Source: Lachnospiraceae bacterium (lineage in GTDB: Bacteria > Bacillota > Clostridia > Lachnospirales > Lachnospiraceae). From it: a stretch of DNA of 64,000 nucleotides. The position numbers and the translations under genes were made by a program. The notes below the pieces were generated by a model, which was not told the DNA's origin, ran no database searches, and saw nothing but the letters and a program-made list of their open reading frames with translations. The stretch is taken from assembly GCA_017513625.1 (NCBI GenBank), contig JAFXEW010000035.1, forward strand, positions 544-64,543. Direction: 5' to 3'. This document shows, one piece after another, positions 1-8,685 of the stretch; positions within the stretch are counted from its first letter, which is position 1; each line of letters opens with the position of its first letter.

Positions 1-414
1 GGTATTACCGCTCTTACCTACTGCAGCATAACCGCTGGAGGTACCCAGGTTGTCCGAATATTTCAGATACGCATCCAAAGTGTCCGGAATGGTAAGCGCA
101 CCATTATTCAGATAGCCTCCGTTATATCCGAGAATAACTGCGACTTTATTATTAGAGCTGATATTATTGGGACTTACATATGCAAACTGATAAGTACCGT
201 CACCGGTGGTATATATGGTTTCATTACCATTTACAATAGGAATCTCGCAATCATCAATATCCACACCCACCTCTACACCGGCAGGCAGGGCCGCTTCCAT
301 ATTATCCACGGGAATGGATGCTGTCACTAATGCGGAAGCCAGGAATAAACTTCCTATAGTCTTTCTGACCGTTCTCTTTAATCTTCTCTTTTTCTTTACA
401 ACAGGTTTTGCCAT
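1..414 (-). CDS. 5' part of a large secreted/surface protein that runs off the window edge (possibly LRR-type; candidate sortase substrate)
   Basis: Not in the ORF track. ATG at 414 follows AAGGAG, 4 nt after the sortase stop. Open to base 1: MAKPVVKKKRRLKRTVRKTIGSLFLASALVTASIPV... (basic N-region plus hydrophobic segment). Confidence 0.75.
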   Translation of the reverse strand, partial: MAKPVVKKKRRLKRTVRKTIGSLFLASALVTASIPVDNMEAALPAGVEVGVDIDDCEIPIVNGNETIYTTGDGTYQFAYVSPNNISSNNKVAVILGYNGGYLNNGALTIPDTLDAYLKYSDNLGTSSGYAAVGKSGNT

Positions 415-418
415 TGCT

Positions 419-1573
419 CTACTCCTTTGTCGTAATCTTTCTCGCAACAACTACAAATCTACCATCTTTTTCTTCATAATCACATGTAGAAAGGGTCAGT
501 AATTTGTCTCCGTAGGATGCTGTTACACCTGTGCTGTACAAAGACATTGCTGCCATTTCATCCATGTTGGATAAAAACTCTTTTTCTCCGTTGACTTCAA
601 TGAACTGGTAATACTTAAAAACCACTTCATCTTCCTTATAAACTCTGGAGCGGAACACGTACATTACTTCATACGTACCCTTTTCATATATGGTATCAAA
701 CTGAATATAACGATGTTTATCATAAAAACTTTTATCACTGTATTTATTCAGCTGTCCGAACATCTTGCCGCTCTTCATATGATGGCCATATAAAATCATG
801 TTGGTGCTGCCATTAACGGCGTCACAATCCTTATCCAGGAATATGGTTCCGTTCCGGTCATACTTACCATCCGGATTGTGATCCAGATAAAAAACATTGT
901 CCTCCGTCTGCATGACAGGGTAATCAATATTTGTATCGTCAATTTTTAGCCATCCGATTAGGTTTTCATACTTATTTAATAAATTTTTATATTCATCCAG
1001 CACTTTTTTGTCCGGGTTCATACTTTCCAACGTAAACTGTGGACCGGATATAATGCTGCCATCCATGCTTCCCTCTGCTCCGGAATGAGGCATAACCACC
1101 TCTTCCTTTAAAACATCTTTGTATCCCTGATTGATGGATTCATTTTGATAATCGGTATATACATAAAGTCCGAACACCGTCAAAAAGGCCATTCCAAGTA
1201 TCATACTAATACTTAAAAACAGTTTCCTGCGTTTTTCTCTGTTTTGCAATTCCTGTTTTACATATTCTTCCATACCGCTGTCATTTATAAAACGTGAATT
1301 ATCCGTTTTATTTGAAGTTTTGCTACGGCTTCTTTTAACCTGCTTCTCCATAAATTTCTCTTCGAGACCATCCTTAAAATCTTCACCAAGTAAGGTATGG
1401 AAACGGTATTTATCATTCCTAATATCCTCCAACAAGGTCCGACGTTTCTCAGGCGTTGCTGCCTTAATTTCACGGGACAATTGTTCTATCAATTCTTTGT
1501 CACGTAGTCCCAGCCGGTAATCCTGTTCCGTACGAAACTGTCTGTCGTCTATTACAAATCTCTTTTGTTCCAT
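419..1573 (-). CDS. srtB: Class B sortase with a long N-terminal extension
   Basis: One TM segment, then GWLKI..IDYPVMQ, YGHHM, TLSTC and downstream R (GRFVVVA). Start placed at ATG 1573; the ORF track starts at TTG 1585. Confidence 0.85.
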   Translation of the reverse strand: MEQKRFVIDDRQFRTEQDYRLGLRDKELIEQLSREIKAATPEKRRTLLEDIRNDKYRFHTLLGEDFKDGLEEKFMEKQVKRSRSKTSNKTDNSRFINDSGMEEYVKQELQNREKRRKLFLSISMILGMAFLTVFGLYVYTDYQNESINQGYKDVLKEEVVMPHSGAEGSMDGSIISGPQFTLESMNPDKKVLDEYKNLLNKYENLIGWLKIDDTNIDYPVMQTEDNVFYLDHNPDGKYDRNGTIFLDKDCDAVNGSTNMILYGHHMKSGKMFGQLNKYSDKSFYDKHRYIQFDTIYEKGTYEVMYVFRSRVYKEDEVVFKYYQFIEVNGEKEFLSNMDEMAAMSLYSTGVTASYGDKLLTLSTCDYEEKDGRFVVVARKITTKE

Positions 1574-1708
1574 ATGTATCACCAAATATCAAAATGGTTT
1601 CATCCTACAATTATCTCAATTTACCATACTTATATTTTACTATATGTTGTAAATATTGCAAGTTTATTTTCAATATCTAGTAACTAAAATAATTTTGAAA
1701 CCTATAGA

Positions 1709-1737
1709 AACATAGACAAACCGGCATGCATAGAATA
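1709..1737 (+). promoter_or_regulatory. Candidate sigmaK (late mother-cell) promoter
   Basis: AACA(1709-1712)-N16-CATAgaaTA(1729-1737) matches the mACm-N16-CATAnnnTA consensus. Confidence 0.6.
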
Positions 1738-1770
1738 AACCATAAAACAAAACCCCATGGAGGTATTACT

Positions 1771-2049
1771 ATGAGCGATTTAACAGCAGCAAACTGTGGT
1801 TGTGGTACAAATGTAAGAAATAATAATTGTGGTTGCGGATGTGGCGGCAGCTCCATCTGGATCATCCTTTTACTGCTCTTCTGCGGTAACGGCAATGGTT
1901 GCGGTATCGGCTCAAACAATGACGGCTGTGGCTGCGGATGCGGCAACGGAATCTTAGGCGGCTCCGGCAGCAACAACTGCTGTGAGTTATTGATTTGGAT
2001 TCTTTTAATCTCATGCTTCTGCGGCGGCAACAACAGCTGTGGTTGCTAA
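1771..2049 (+). CDS. 92-aa Cys/Gly/Asn-rich protein with two hydrophobic segments; probable spore coat/exosporium component
   Basis: GGAGG RBS before ATG 1771, 16 Cys, CGCG repeats, IWIILLLLFCG and LIWILLISCFCG segments, sigmaK-like promoter. Confidence 0.75.
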   Translation: MSDLTAANCGCGTNVRNNNCGCGCGGSSIWIILLLLFCGNGNGCGIGSNNDGCGCGCGNGILGGSGSNNCCELLIWILLISCFCGGNNSCGC

Positions 2050-2095
2050 TTAACCCCACACTTTATACGGACAGTCATAACGCCCGTATCACATC

Positions 2096-2134
2096 AAGCC
2101 TCTGTGCGGACTACAAACCGCCGGAGGCTTTCTT
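2096..2134 (+). terminator. Intrinsic terminator after the Cys-rich gene
   Basis: AAGCCTCTG..GCGG/CCGC.CGGAGGCTT stem followed by TCTT. Confidence 0.5.
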
Positions 2135-2143
2135 CATACCAAA

Positions 2144-2172
2144 CATATCTTTGCATGCCACAGCATAGTATA
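2144..2172 (+). promoter_or_regulatory. Candidate sigmaE promoter
   Basis: cATAtc(2144-2149)-N14-CATAgtaT(2164-2171). Confidence 0.55.
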
Positions 2173-2196
2173 AAGTTAGGAAAAGGCGGTGCTAAT

Positions 2197-2691
2197 ATGG
2201 AAAACTGTTCCCCGGGTTCGGTGTGCAAATTTAATATTATGTACACAGATAAGAACTTAAATAAACTAAAGGTTATCTCTTCCAAATTTCAAAATTATCC
2301 CTTAAACCTGCTTGCCTTATATATCAAAGTAATGGAAGTTAAATACACCCTTGAAAAGATCCGCTCCTGCCCTCATCAATCCATTCCTGATGTATTACAA
2401 CAGTTAGGTAGCGACAACATCAAAGAAATGTGCACGGAAATACAGCCCTTTTGCAATGAATCTGAGCAAAATTTCCTTGCAACGATCCTAAATCTTCTGG
2501 AAAGCATGTCAAACATGCAGGAAATGATGCAAATGATGGAATTGATGCAGGAATTCACAAGTGACGGCAATAATAGCAACAATATCAACAATTTAACAGG
2601 TGGATTAGGAAATAATCCGGAAGAACTGTTTAGTCTCTTCTCTGCTTTCTTTCCTACCGGTAATGATAATGGAGGTGACCATTATGAATAA
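2197..2691 (+). CDS. Hypothetical protein, probably sporulation-associated (Met/Gln-rich helix)
   Basis: AGGCGGTG RBS before ATG 2197; MQEMMQMMELMQ segment; sigmaE-like promoter. Confidence 0.65.
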   Translation: MENCSPGSVCKFNIMYTDKNLNKLKVISSKFQNYPLNLLALYIKVMEVKYTLEKIRSCPHQSIPDVLQQLGSDNIKEMCTEIQPFCNESEQNFLATILNLLESMSNMQEMMQMMELMQEFTSDGNNSNNINNLTGGLGNNPEELFSLFSAFFPTGNDNGGDHYE

Positions 2692-2986
2692 TCAAAACCA
2701 TATCAACGAAAACAAATCGCCCGATTGGATGAAAGACCCTGCAGTCAAACAAATAAGCAAAGAAAAGCTGGACTTTTTAGAGGACTGTTTCTCTGCCATA
2801 CAGGGAAAAGACAAAAAATCACTGATGCCTCTTCTGGGGTTAAAGATCAGAGAGGCCAAAAAAGCCGGTCTGCAATTTACACCGGAAGAACTGAATATTG
2901 CCGTAACAGCAATCAAAAAACAGGGCGATACAGAAAGTAACAGACAAATAGATGCTATCCTTAAAAAAGGACAATCAAACATCTGA
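2684..2986 (+). CDS. Small hypothetical protein coupled to the upstream gene
   Basis: GGAGGTG RBS before ATG 2684; overlaps the upstream stop codon. Confidence 0.7.
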   Translation: MNNQNHINENKSPDWMKDPAVKQISKEKLDFLEDCFSAIQGKDKKSLMPLLGLKIREAKKAGLQFTPEELNIAVTAIKKQGDTESNRQIDAILKKGQSNI

Positions 2987-2995
2987 TAAATCAAA

Positions 2996-3033
2996 GAAAA
3001 TCCCGGTACCTTTTGAAGATACCGGGATAAAAA
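2996..3033. terminator. Bidirectional terminator between the spore locus and leuS
   Basis: ATCCCGGTA/TACCGGGAT arms between convergent genes. Confidence 0.7.
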
Positions 3034-3038
3034 TATTT

Positions 3039-5462
3039 TTATTTCACCACAATATTTACAATTCTGCCGGGAACATAGATTTCCTTCACAACAGTCTTGC
3101 CTTCCATTGCAGCCTGTACGCCGGGCACAGCCTTTGCCTTGGCAATAACAGATGCTCCTTCTTCATCCACACCGATTTCAACGGTTCCTCTTACCTTGCC
3201 GTTGATCTGGATACCGATTTCAATCACATCCTCAACCAGTGCAGCTTCATCATAGGTAGGCCACTTCTCATATGCAATGGTTTTATCATGACCAAGAATC
3301 TGCCATATTTCTTCGCCTACATGAGGACAGATACAGGAGAACATTTTAACAAAGCCCTCTGCATATTCCTTAGGACACTTCTCTGCCTTATATGCTGCAT
3401 TCATAAAGATCATCATCTGACTGATTGCAGTATTGAATCCAAGCTGTTCAAAATCAGAAGAAACCTTTATCACAGTCTGATGATATACCTTAGTAAGTGT
3501 ACCGTCATTCTCTGTTGTTATTCTGTCATCTCCCGTGAAGAAAGTCCATACACGGTTGATAAATCTTCTGGCACCTTCCACACCCTGGGGATTCCAAGGC
3601 TTAGACACTTCCAAAGGTCCCATAAACATTTCATAAAGTCTTAATGTATCTGCTCCGAATTCATTTACAACATCACTGGGATTTACTACAAACTCAGGGA
3701 AACGCTTACCCATCTTAATACCGTTTGCTCCTAAAATCATACCCTGGTGAACCAGCTTCTGGAAAGGCTCTTTCACAGGTGATAAGCCTTTGTCATAGAG
3801 ATAACGGTTCCAAATTCTGGAATACATCAAATGGCCTACCGCATGCTCAGGACCACCGATATAAAGGTCAACGGGAAGCCAGTGCTTCAGAAGCTCCTGA
3901 TTAGCAAATTCCTTAACATTATGAGGATCAATATATCTCATAAAATACCAACTGGAGCCTGCACTTCCGGGCATGGTAGATGTCTCACGCACACCCTTTA
4001 CTCCATTATAATCATACTGCTTCCACTCAGTAGCATTCTCCAAAGGAGCCTTGCCGTTCTTGCCCTTATAATCTTCCAGTTCAGGCAAAATAAGGGGAAG
4101 TTCTTCATCAGACAAAACATGGATCAGACCATCCTCGGTATGAACCACAGGAACTGGCTCACCCCAATAACGCTGACGGGCAAAAATCCACTCACGGAAG
4201 TGATAATTTACCGTTCTACGTGCAACCCCCCGCGCCTCCAGCTTACAAGTAATAGCTTCCTTAGCTTCTTCCACGGTAAGACCGGTAAATTCTTCGGAGT
4301 TCATTAATTTACAGCCCTTACCCAGGTACTCACCCTTCTCAAAGGCCTTTTCACTTACATCGCCACCGTCAATTACCTGAATCATGGGAATGTTATGTGC
4401 AACGGCATATTCAAAGTCACGCTGGTCATGGGAAGGCACCGCCATAACTGCACCTGTACCATAGCTTGCCAATACAAAATCACCGATATACAAAGGCACT
4501 TCCTTACCGTTAACAGGATTCACCGCATAAAGTCCCTTCAAAGGACAACCGGATTTGGTCTTATTTAATTCGGTACGATCCATATCATTTTTCTTCAAGG
4601 TCTCATCAATATATGCCTGTACTTCTTCAGGATTCTGCACTCTGGGCATCAAATCCTTCACAATCTGTCCATCCGGCGCAAGTACCATAAATGTAATACC
4701 GTAAATGGTCTCAATACATGTAGTATAAATGGAGAACTTGCCTCCGCCCACTATCTCAAAATCAACCTCCACACCTTCGGACTTTCCGATCCAATGTCTC
4801 TGAATATCCTTAGTGGATTCGGGCCAGTCGATTTCTTCGAGACCTTCAAGCAACTTCTCTGCAAAAGCAGGCTGATTGATTACCCACTGCTTCATATTCT
4901 TACGGATAACGGGATAACCGCCACGCTCGGACTTACCGTCAATTACTTCGTCATTGGACAATACGGTACCAAGCTCTTCACACCAGTTTACGGGCATATC
5001 CACGTACTTAGCATATCCGTCCAGATAGAGCTGTTTAAAAATCCACTGAGTCCACTTATAAAATTCAGGATCACTGGTTGCCAGCATCTTGCTCCAGTCA
5101 TAATCAAAGCCAAGTTCTTTTAACTGCTGTGAGAAGGTCTCAATATTCTCCTGAGTAAAACCGTTTGGATGATTACCGGTACTTACAGCATACTGCTCTG
5201 CAGGCAGACCGAAGGAATCGTAGCCCATGGGATGGAGTACATTATAGCCCTGCATTCTCTTCATACGGGACATAATATCAGTTGCAGTATATCCTTCGGG
5301 ATGACCTGCATGAAGGCCTACACCTGAGGGATAGGGAAACATATCAAGCGCATAATACTTGGGCTTACTAAAGTCCCAAACATCGGTCTTGAAGGTTTCG
5401 TTCTCAGACCAGTAAGTCTGCCATTTCTTTTCAATCTCTTTCGGATTATAAATCTTTTCCAT
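3039..5462 (-). CDS. leuS: Leucine--tRNA ligase
   Basis: MFPYPSG.GLHAGH (HIGH region), GTGAVMAVPSHDQRD, GADTLRLYEMF; Leu T-box upstream. Start at ATG 5462. Confidence 0.95.
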   Translation of the reverse strand: MEKIYNPKEIEKKWQTYWSENETFKTDVWDFSKPKYYALDMFPYPSGVGLHAGHPEGYTATDIMSRMKRMQGYNVLHPMGYDSFGLPAEQYAVSTGNHPNGFTQENIETFSQQLKELGFDYDWSKMLATSDPEFYKWTQWIFKQLYLDGYAKYVDMPVNWCEELGTVLSNDEVIDGKSERGGYPVIRKNMKQWVINQPAFAEKLLEGLEEIDWPESTKDIQRHWIGKSEGVEVDFEIVGGGKFSIYTTCIETIYGITFMVLAPDGQIVKDLMPRVQNPEEVQAYIDETLKKNDMDRTELNKTKSGCPLKGLYAVNPVNGKEVPLYIGDFVLASYGTGAVMAVPSHDQRDFEYAVAHNIPMIQVIDGGDVSEKAFEKGEYLGKGCKLMNSEEFTGLTVEEAKEAITCKLEARGVARRTVNYHFREWIFARQRYWGEPVPVVHTEDGLIHVLSDEELPLILPELEDYKGKNGKAPLENATEWKQYDYNGVKGVRETSTMPGSAGSSWYFMRYIDPHNVKEFANQELLKHWLPVDLYIGGPEHAVGHLMYSRIWNRYLYDKGLSPVKEPFQKLVHQGMILGANGIKMGKRFPEFVVNPSDVVNEFGADTLRLYEMFMGPLEVSKPWNPQGVEGARRFINRVWTFFTGDDRITTENDGTLTKVYHQTVIKVSSDFEQLGFNTAISQMMIFMNAAYKAEKCPKEYAEGFVKMFSCICPHVGEEIWQILGHDKTIAYEKWPTYDEAALVEDVIEIGIQINGKVRGTVEIGVDEEGASVIAKAKAVPGVQAAMEGKTVVKEIYVPGRIVNIVVK

Positions 5463-5487
5463 ACTAAAAACCTCTTTCCGTAAATAT

Positions 5488-5805
5488 AAAAAGCCCTTTC
5501 GCATTCTAGAGACGAAAGGGCTGTATTCCGTGGTACCACTCTAGTTCCCCTAAACATTAGATAACATCGTGAACAATATTCTAAAATGTATATGCATTCC
5601 TGAAATCATCCGTTTATCCGGGGCACTCTTTGGTCTGTAACGGGACTTCCCGCCCGAAAATACCCACCTTATGACTATACTACCGCCAACAGGCTTTCCT
5701 CTCGGGAACTCAAAGGCCAGTTCAAATCCTTACACTACCGCCTCACACCTACCGGCGGCTCTCTGAAAGCTTGGGAATCCTACTCTTCCTTTTCATAGTT
5801 TTTCT
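5488..5805 (-). promoter_or_regulatory. T-box riboswitch, Leu specifier (CUG)
   Basis: Minus strand: stem I with AGAGA and GGTGTGAG motifs; GAA-CTG specifier at 5718-5720; AACTAGAGTGGTACCACGG T-box at 5528-5546; AGCCCTTTCG/CGAAAGGGCT terminator with U-run. Confidence 0.9.
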
Positions 5806-5849
5806 CTTATACGATGATATAAAAACATATCTGTATCAAATATGGCTTC

Positions 5850-5878
5850 ATTTTAGCCTTTTATAAGGATTCTGTCAA
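5850..5878 (-). promoter_or_regulatory. sigmaA promoter of the leuS leader
   Basis: TTGACA-N17-TAAAAT. Confidence 0.75.
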
Positions 5879-5884
5879 GGCAAT

Positions 5885-7102
5885 TTATAGGATATTACCT
5901 TTCTTTACACGGAACAGTATCTGCTTATCATTATAAATAGGCTTATCGGCACCTACACCGATAAAGTCCTTACCAAACATATCAAACATATTGCTGACTA
6001 TGGTGAAAGGAGGAAGCTTACCTAATATCTTCTCCCCGTCACAAAGCATGGCCGAATGTACCGGCATGGTATAATCCCCGTTATCTGCAAAGCCGCCGCC
6101 ACCGTAATTCAAAGGAACCACACAATATCTTCCGTTTAAAAGTTCTTTTACGGTTTTCGTACTGCGTCCGATTCGAAGATTACGCACACCCGCACCCGGA
6201 ATATCTGAAAAGTTGAAGTACGCGTCGCCTGTATGGGAAATGCCGTATTTCTGTGCATTCTTCTTATCCGCATATCCGGTTAACACTACTCCGTTCTCGA
6301 TAAAAGTCTGCTTATCATTTTCAAGCACGCAGCCATCGCCGTCCCAGAAACAGTTAAACCAGGATTCTTCATCAGTTACATCATCCGTAAGTGTAAAACC
6401 ATCCGCAAACACCTTCTCTCCCACCTTACCGGAAAGCAGTGAAGTACCAAGTGCAAGATTCTCACCATTCAGACTGTCTGCAAGTTTACCCACGAGTCCG
6501 TAATACTGCATATCCATAATGATTTCTTCAGGCAGTTCTACTTCAGTCGTATAGTTAGCCAGATAATTATCTGCCATCTTTGTAAATACATCCATTTCAA
6601 AATCACGGAGACTGAAATTAAAGAAGCCGTCCATGATGTCCTTACTGGATACATGTTTAAAACTTATACTAACGTTTACACAACAGTCTGTGTTGGAATA
6701 ATCCATTCCCTTATCATTTACCCTGCTCTGGGTATTTTTATTTTGGGAAAAACTGGTTTTAAAAACAAAATCCGGATATTTCCCGCATATGTATTTCATA
6801 CAGTCGTCAGCAATCTCCAGCAGCTCCTTATCAGCCACTTCTCTCTCTGTAAGATTCCTGCTTCGCTTACCACTTTCTAACTCAAAAGGATACGGTCTGG
6901 GACGCTCCCGAAGATTCTCCTCCGCCTTCAGAAAACCTTCCTCATCGGTAATCTCACCTATCTGACAATGGATACCCACCATACCGTTTTCATAAACACG
7001 GTAGGAAACCGTTTTAGAATTTATCTTTTGAAAAGAAAGCAGTTTATTCTCCTCGTACTGCACTTCAGAGACTATATTATCAGATATCATTTTTTCTCTC
7101 AT
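5885..7102 (-). CDS. TldE/PmbA-like subunit
   Basis: WDGDG..FIENGVV, TGDA and GDYTMPV motifs of the PmbA/TldD C-terminal domain; no HExxxH; directly downstream of tldD. Confidence 0.7.
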   Translation of the reverse strand: MREKMISDNIVSEVQYEENKLLSFQKINSKTVSYRVYENGMVGIHCQIGEITDEEGFLKAEENLRERPRPYPFELESGKRSRNLTEREVADKELLEIADDCMKYICGKYPDFVFKTSFSQNKNTQSRVNDKGMDYSNTDCCVNVSISFKHVSSKDIMDGFFNFSLRDFEMDVFTKMADNYLANYTTEVELPEEIIMDMQYYGLVGKLADSLNGENLALGTSLLSGKVGEKVFADGFTLTDDVTDEESWFNCFWDGDGCVLENDKQTFIENGVVLTGYADKKNAQKYGISHTGDAYFNFSDIPGAGVRNLRIGRSTKTVKELLNGRYCVVPLNYGGGGFADNGDYTMPVHSAMLCDGEKILGKLPPFTIVSNMFDMFGKDFIGVGADKPIYNDKQILFRVKKGNIL

Positions 7103-7116
7103 GTCCGTCTCCCCCC

Positions 7117-8454
7117 TTAATTAAATGTCATCTTCTTTACTCTGATACTGGGACCGCCTGCCGACACAGGTACCGACTGTCCGTTTTTGCCGCAGATATA
7201 ATTATCAATCATTTCAAAATCATTACCCACTGCATCAATATCAAAGAGGGTCTCAAAAACACTACCTGTAAGTACATTTACGCGAAGGGGCTCCTGTAAC
7301 TTACCATCCCTGATACGATAACAGATTGCAGGTTTTATGGTAAAGGTAGCCATACCGGATCCATGTTCCACACTGTATACATAGATACCGTCTTTAACGC
7401 CAGCAATCATATCCTGAGGGGCATCCTCTCCGCCCTCCATATATGTATTGGTCATACGTACTATGGGCATATGATAATAGCTCTGGGCCCTGGCATTTCC
7501 CGTTAACTCTTCACCAAGTGTAGCGGCTGATTTTGCATCATGCAAACGACCTACCAGCTTTCCTTCTTTGATTAACCAGTTCACACCTGCAGGCGTGCCT
7601 TCATCATCATAAGGTACATATCCGTGGTTTGGCATATCCCCCGCATCACATATGGACACTTTACCATTACCCACGTTCTTTCCCATGACCCATTCATCCT
7701 GAAGTGTCTTATCATTAAGCATAAGGTCTGATTCACTTTTGTGACCAAAACTTTCATGCACAAACATAGATGTCGCAAGGGGTGATAGTATACAGGTATA
7801 TACACCGGGCTCTACCTGAACCGCATTACGGGCAAAATCCAGATATTTATCCCTTTCTTTGTTGATTTCATTCTCATATCCATACAAATCTTCTTTACAA
7901 TCCTTTACATAACGCTTTCCGCCGAATGTTGTGATTCCGTCCACAGTAATACCAAAAACTACTCCGATACTACATTCCTGTCTGTCTTGAATAATCGCCG
8001 CACCTTTACTGGAATAAAAGCTTTTCTTTAGATGGGAGCAGGATACATTTACCATCCACAGAGGGATCTCTTCAATGGATTCATCCACACAAAGCCCCTT
8101 ATAGTGATCCAGGAGTTCCATCCATTCACCGCGGCTGATTTTGCGGGCATCCTTATCACCTTCATACATTAATACCGTAGCTTCATGCACCTGATATTTT
8201 TGTACAAAAGGATGTTCATATATTGCCGGATCAGGCTTAGCCAATGTAGCCAGATTATCCAGTTCTTTTTGGATATCGTCTAACTTATTAGTGGTACTGG
8301 TATACCACATTTCTCCGTCAAACACACGAATAATAGCCCCCTTTTCTGTCATGGACGAATCAGTTTCCATTACATCGTTTTTCATATGGAGATTTAAATT
8401 GTAATACTCTTCTATACGCACATCAGCATATAAATCTTTAGGAAAATGATACAT
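7117..8454 (-). CDS. tldD: TldD family metalloprotease
   Basis: HESFGH metal motif, YDDEG, TGNARA, PIVRMTNTY, C-terminal CGK..Q.VPVS.GGP. Confidence 0.85.
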   Translation of the reverse strand: MYHFPKDLYADVRIEEYYNLNLHMKNDVMETDSSMTEKGAIIRVFDGEMWYTSTTNKLDDIQKELDNLATLAKPDPAIYEHPFVQKYQVHEATVLMYEGDKDARKISRGEWMELLDHYKGLCVDESIEEIPLWMVNVSCSHLKKSFYSSKGAAIIQDRQECSIGVVFGITVDGITTFGGKRYVKDCKEDLYGYENEINKERDKYLDFARNAVQVEPGVYTCILSPLATSMFVHESFGHKSESDLMLNDKTLQDEWVMGKNVGNGKVSICDAGDMPNHGYVPYDDEGTPAGVNWLIKEGKLVGRLHDAKSAATLGEELTGNARAQSYYHMPIVRMTNTYMEGGEDAPQDMIAGVKDGIYVYSVEHGSGMATFTIKPAICYRIRDGKLQEPLRVNVLTGSVFETLFDIDAVGNDFEMIDNYICGKNGQSVPVSAGGPSIRVKKMTFN

Positions 8455-8597
8455 TTTTCTACCTCCGTTCCTTTTTACTGTTTCCCCAAAATTTAAATTA
8501 ACTGCCCGCTAAACTCTGCGGTACAAATAAAGGATAGCAAATTAATCATAATATATCAATCATCAATCTGTTGTTTGCAATCCAAGAACACGTTTAT

Positions 8598-8647
8598 AAA
8601 AAAGAAGGCAACCGTCAAGCCAAATATGACTTAATGGACTGCCCTCT
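8598..8647 (-). terminator. Terminator after the EF-G paralogue
   Basis: Minus strand AGAGGGCAGTCCATTAAGTCA...TGGCTTGACGGTTGCCTTCT followed by a T-run. Confidence 0.65.
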
Positions 8648-8685
8648 CATAATACATTTTATTTGTAAACAATCGTATCGGGAAA

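Noticed and set aside
206-502. Plus-strand 98-aa ORF
   Set aside because: It is a shadow of the minus-strand surface protein and sortase genes.
1677-2033. Minus-strand Pro/Gln-rich ORF
   Set aside because: It is the antisense mirror of the Cys/Gly codons. The plus-strand gene has the RBS and promoter.
1771-8454. Cys/Gly-rich peptide plus TldD/E as a microcin B17-like RiPP system
   Set aside because: There is no YcaO, dehydrogenase, radical SAM enzyme or exporter. The genes are on opposite strands with leuS between them, and the peptide has a sporulation-type promoter.
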